A stretch of DNA of 41,419 nt from Methanobacteriota archaeon (GTDB taxonomy: Archaea > Thermoplasmatota > Poseidoniia > Poseidoniales > Thalassarchaeaceae): positions 1-41,419 of the forward strand of contig PBNI01000033.1 of assembly GCA_002723045.1 (NCBI GenBank), given 5' to 3'. The notes beneath the pieces were generated by a model, which worked only from the letters and a program-made list of their open reading frames with translations, had not been told where the DNA came from and did no database searches. A program made the position numbers and the translations under genes. Below, piece after piece: positions 38,440-41,419 of the stretch (position 1 is its first letter; every line of letters starts with the position of its first letter).

Positions 38440-39363
38440 CTATTCAGCATCATTTCTGATGGTTTCAGCAGTACCAAACATGGTTACTGCAATTATTGCC
38501 GCGAATATCAGTGACATTCCTCCAATCTGCTGAATTGATGGTTTCTCGGAGAGAATTATGACTCCCCAAAGAATTGTGAGAACGGGTTGGAGAAGGATGG
38601 CGAATGAAGTGTGCGCAGCTGGAAGTCTTGGTAGAGCGTATGTGATGGCGATCCACCCAATTACCTGACATGAGACAGCGAGCAAGATGATCCAACCGTG
38701 TCCAGGCCAAGTGAACGAGAAGTCAATTGGTTCTATGTCAAGTCTTGAGAGGGGCATTATTCCGACAATGAGAAGCCCCGTAGCTGCCCCCGCTGTAGCA
38801 TCCAATTGAAGATTGACGGAAGGTGCTTGAATCCTATTCGAGAATCTGTAAAGGATGAGGAATGAAGAGTAGAATATAGCTGCAACTATCCCTCCCAAAA
38901 CTCCCTTTATCGGATCGTCCCCATATGGTTCATCATCCCATATTCCGGAAATGAACATTAGACCGAGCATTACCATCGGGAGAGCGAATATTATCATCCG
39001 ATTGGGTCTTTCACCAAACATCCACCAACTGGCCAGTGTCACTATTACTACCTGGGAGTTGCCAATCAGAGTTGCGATTCCACTTCCAATGTAGTCAATT
39101 GCACTGTGATAACCGACGAAATCTATTGCTAGAAGCAAGCCTGCGGAAAAGGCGAGGCCTCGGTTCCTAATTCCTCTCGGGTCATCCCGATTCAAGTACC
39201 ATACAAGGAAGATAAGAATGGGGAGGGCATACAACATCCGGAAGAACGCGCCTGTCACGGGAGGAGTGTCGGAACGAATATACAACAGGGGCGCGAATGA
39301 GAGAAGCATCGCTCCGAACAGAGCAATTAGCATGATTCGCCGGTCATCGGCAGGCGATGACAT
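38440..39363 (-). CDS. EamA/DMT-superfamily transporter
   Basis: About 10 TM segments in two halves with a typical EamA layout. The track start GTG 39375 overlaps the grx stop. ATG 39363 has GAGGGA 4 nt upstream, and I prefer it. Confidence 0.8.
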   Translation of the reverse strand: MSSPADDRRIMLIALFGAMLLSFAPLLYIRSDTPPVTGAFFRMLYALPILIFLVWYLNRDDPRGIRNRGLAFSAGLLLAIDFVGYHSAIDYIGSGIATLIGNSQVVIVTLASWWMFGERPNRMIIFALPMVMLGLMFISGIWDDEPYGDDPIKGVLGGIVAAIFYSSFLILYRFSNRIQAPSVNLQLDATAGAATGLLIVGIMPLSRLDIEPIDFSFTWPGHGWIILLAVSCQVIGWIAITYALPRLPAAHTSFAILLQPVLTILWGVIILSEKPSIQQIGGMSLIFAAIIAVTMFGTAETIRNDAE

Positions 39364-39371
39364 CCTATCCC

Positions 39372-39704
39372 TCACTCTGGAGTAAGAATCTTCTGAAGGT
39401 CACCAGACTGATACATCTCTAGAACTATGTCTGAACCACCTATCAGCTCGCCGTTGATGAATACCTGAGGAATGGTCGGGAAATCAGACCACTCCTTCAA
39501 TGCGGGTCTGGCTCTGGGATCGAGTAGGACATTTACGCAGGCATAAGTCTCCATACCTAGCTCTGCGATTACAGAGCTAAGGACCTGTGAGCCTCTTGCG
39601 GAGAATCCGCACTGAGGCTGTTCTGGAGTGCCCTTCATAAAAATCACAATTTTATTTTCGTCAACTACTTTTTGCAACTCTTCTGGTGTCCAGTCAAAAC
39701 TCAT
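39372..39704 (-). CDS. grxD: Monothiol glutaredoxin (CGFS type, Grx4/GrxD family)
   Basis: IVIFMKGTPEQPQCGFSARGSQVL...WSDFPTIPQVFINGELIGGSDI. ATG 39704 is preceded by GGAGTGA (39710-16), which is formed by the bolA stop region. The track start GTG 39713 is less likely. Confidence 0.9.
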   Translation of the reverse strand: MSFDWTPEELQKVVDENKIVIFMKGTPEQPQCGFSARGSQVLSSVIAELGMETYACVNVLLDPRARPALKEWSDFPTIPQVFINGELIGGSDIVLEMYQSGDLQKILTPE

Positions 39705-39709
39705 CTCAA

Positions 39710-40033
39710 TCACTCCTTTCTCGGTCTGCGGATATGCACCCCATAGAACTCATGCTCTTGACCGTGTGGGTCGAAAGCCGTGTGAGTGGACGCTTCGGCT
39801 TGCTCAGGAGTCATGCACTTCAGATCTAGAGCATGGACAGTGTTGTTGGAAATATACTCCTTGAAGTGATTCAGTATTGGTTTCTGTCTCTGAAGTGGCA
39901 ATACCCCTTCGTAGCTTTCCGATGTAACTCTCACATGAAAGTGGTCACCAGAGCCGTGCAAATCGGTAGCTTCGACGACTGCATCGGGAACAACCTTGAG
40001 AATCTCTTGCTTCATCCACTCTACTGATACCAT
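39710..40033 (-). CDS. bolA: BolA family protein with a ~35-aa C-terminal extension
   Basis: VEATDLHGSGDHFHVRVTSESYEGVLPLQRQKPILNHF...VHALDLKCMTPEQ follows the BolA pattern (..D.sg.g.Hf.v.v.s..F.G...l.rHr.v...l...iHAl.l.t.tP.E). Confidence 0.75.
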   Translation of the reverse strand: MVSVEWMKQEILKVVPDAVVEATDLHGSGDHFHVRVTSESYEGVLPLQRQKPILNHFKEYISNNTVHALDLKCMTPEQAEASTHTAFDPHGQEHEFYGVHIRRPRKE

Positions 40034-40056
40034 GGACAGCGGAAGTTGTGACTCGG

Positions 40057-40063
40057 ATATAAA
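40057..40063 (-). promoter_or_regulatory. TATA box for a bolA-grxD-EamA transcript (probably leaderless)
   Basis: The minus strand reads TAA TTTATAT CC immediately after the rpe stop. The box centre lies about 27 nt upstream of the bolA ATG (40033), the canonical archaeal TATA-to-TSS distance. There is no SD before the bolA ATG. Confidence 0.45.
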
Positions 40064-40744
40064 TTAGATTTCGAGAGAGTTTGTAATTGAAGCCAAGTTC
40101 TCGCCGATAGGTGCTTGATTATTGATAAGGCCTGAGCCAACCACTGCAACATCAATACCCCATCCCGCTACCAACGCCGCATTGTGATCTTTTATTCCAC
40201 CGTCGATCATCAGTTTTGTCTCTCTGCCACCATTTTCAATCTGAAAGTCGATAGCCTCACGAAGTGATCGAACCTTCCCCTCTACTTGAGGGATGAATGA
40301 TTGGCCGCCCTTTCCGGGGACTACCGACATAACCAGTACTAAATCAAGTTCAGATAGGAATGGAAGAATACCGTCGATGGGGGTATCGGGATTAATCACG
40401 CATCCGGATTTAACTCCTGATTCGTGCATTTCAGAAATCAGTTTTGGAAAATCCTCGACCGCCTCTAGGTGTGCAATCACCAAATCGACGCCTGCATTTG
40501 CATATTGCTCCCAGGTCTCCTCGGCATTTGTAATCATCAAGTGGCAATCAATGAAAACCTCAGGTCCAACTCTTTCTCGGACAGATTTGATCAATGCGGG
40601 TCCAAAGGTGATTGTGCGATTGACTACCCAGTTTCCATCCATGACGTCCATGTGCAACCAACCAATTCCAGCGTCGAGCGCCTCGTCGATGGTTTCACCC
40701 AACCTACAGAAGTCTGCGGTAAGTATGCTGGGTGTAATTTCCAT
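40064..40744 (-). CDS. rpe: Ribulose-phosphate 3-epimerase
   Basis: ITPSILTADFCRLGETI, HMDVMDGNWVVNRTFGP, H.M and VMSVVPGKGGQSFIP, with a C-terminal DGGI and VVGS pattern. 226 aa. Confidence 0.93.
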   Translation of the reverse strand: MEITPSILTADFCRLGETIDEALDAGIGWLHMDVMDGNWVVNRTITFGPALIKSVRERVGPEVFIDCHLMITNAEETWEQYANAGVDLVIAHLEAVEDFPKLISEMHESGVKSGCVINPDTPIDGILPFLSELDLVLVMSVVPGKGGQSFIPQVEGKVRSLREAIDFQIENGGRETKLMIDGGIKDHNAALVAGWGIDVAVVGSGLINNQAPIGENLASITNSLEI

Positions 40745-40855
40745 TCTCCTCGTCGATTAGGAAGGGGTGCCGGTTCTCAATACCTTCTAATGTAAACTAA
40801 TCAATAACACACATGTTGATAGGGTGGGTAACGACTCATCGAATTAGGTGGGATT

Positions 40856-41173
40856 ATGGGCAAGGTTGTAGATACTGGTGACACAGACTTTGAAGTAACG
40901 ACAAAGAGCGATGAGTGGGTGCTAGCCGATTTCTGGGCACCCTGGTGTGGACCGTGCAGAATGGTTAGCCCGATACTAACACAGATTGCTGAAGAAAGAG
41001 AGATTACAATTGCAAAGGTGAATACCGATGTCAATCCGCTCACTTCAGGGAAATTTGGCATTAGGGGCATTCCAGCACTGATTCTATTCAGGAATGGGGA
41101 GGTAGTAGATAGGATGACTGGAGCAATGCCCAAGCAGAGTATGGATTCCTGGCTAGACAGGCACATGTCCTAG
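40856..41173 (+). CDS. trxA: Thioredoxin
   Basis: VLADFWAPWCGPCRMVSP...KFGIRGIPALILFRNGEVV. 105 aa, with AGGTGGGA just upstream of the ATG. Confidence 0.93.
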   Translation: MGKVVDTGDTDFEVTTKSDEWVLADFWAPWCGPCRMVSPILTQIAEEREITIAKVNTDVNPLTSGKFGIRGIPALILFRNGEVVDRMTGAMPKQSMDSWLDRHMS

Positions 41174-41419
41174 TCTACTGCATTTTTCAGTTTTCTCAGT
41201 CTCTCTTCGAATGGCTTTCCAACATCCCTCAGTAGTCTTGATCGGAGAGCCTCGTGCAACCACATCCCTTCCTCTAACTCAAGCATTAATCCCCTCTCGA
41301 TAAGTTGTGATGGAGGAGGCCCATCGATTTCTGCGGCAATTGCCAGTTTCTGCCAAGGAATCGGTCGTTCGGAGATTGCTAGAATTGAAAGGACCTCCCG
41401 ATGCTCATCTGGTAGCACA
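41170..41419 (-). CDS. C-terminal fragment of a larger protein that continues beyond the window (winged-helix-like C-terminus), product unknown
   Basis: The reading frame is open to the window edge, and the first residue in the track is just an internal GTG. LSILAISERPIPWQKLAIAAEIDGPPPSQLIERGLMLELEEGMWLHEALR looks like a wHTH as found at the ends of archaeal ATPase/regulator proteins. That is a weak inference. Confidence 0.4.
   Translation of the reverse strand, partial: VLPDEHREVLSILAISERPIPWQKLAIAAEIDGPPPSQLIERGLMLELEEGMWLHEALRSRLLRDVGKPFEERLRKLKNAVD

Noticed and set aside
1-41419. CRISPR arrays, rRNA/tRNA genes, transposases, integrases, toxin-antitoxin pairs or recognisable defence systems
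   Set aside because: I found no regularly spaced 25-40-nt repeats, no rRNA-like conserved strings, no DDE or tyrosine-recombinase-like ORFs and no small paired ORFs. The Upf1-like helicase and the nuclease-fold protein are not adjacent to each other or to typical defence partners.

Overview
This is a gene-dense, roughly 90% coding chromosomal segment that reads as archaeal. It carries an S13-S4-S11-RpoD(Rpo3) cluster with archaeal-type sequences, a type-2 methionine aminopeptidase, GAGGTGA-like Shine-Dalgarno sites and TTTATAT-like TATA boxes. I infer a streamlined marine Thermoplasmatota genome (Marine Group II / Poseidoniales-like), but I cannot confirm that without a database search. About 30 CDSs can be supported. 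At the left end sits a cell-surface module: a secreted thrombospondin-type-3-like Ca-binding repeat protein, a zinc-ribbon 2-TM protein, and an 8.6-kb gene for a ~2865-aa beta-propeller/Fn3-like surface protein with one TM and an acidic tail. Bacterial-looking central-carbon genes are present (maeB, ATP-type pckA, homodimeric-type aceE, rpe). There is an orphan ~1259-aa protein with roughly 35-40 TM segments. Housekeeping genes include leuS (bacterial-type signatures), tsaC-like, map and a candidate pantoate kinase. A thiol/Fe-S cluster contains bolA-grx(CGFS)-EamA plus trxA and a DCC-family protein. Three proteins have closest recognisable relatives, by my recall, that are eukaryotic families: a CDIN1/C15orf41-like TPD-motif nuclease-fold protein, an IGHMBP2/Upf1-like SF1B helicase and a LETM1-like protein. 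I found no rRNA, tRNA, CRISPR array, transposase or integrase. The best candidates for something undescribed are the leuS-DCC-CDIN1-like operon, the ZnR/GNAT/orphan-AceE/LETM1-like operon, the giant surface-protein module, the mega-polytopic membrane protein, and a compositionally aberrant repeat-laden segment at the left edge. All family assignments come from motif recognition by eye, and none was checked by a search.
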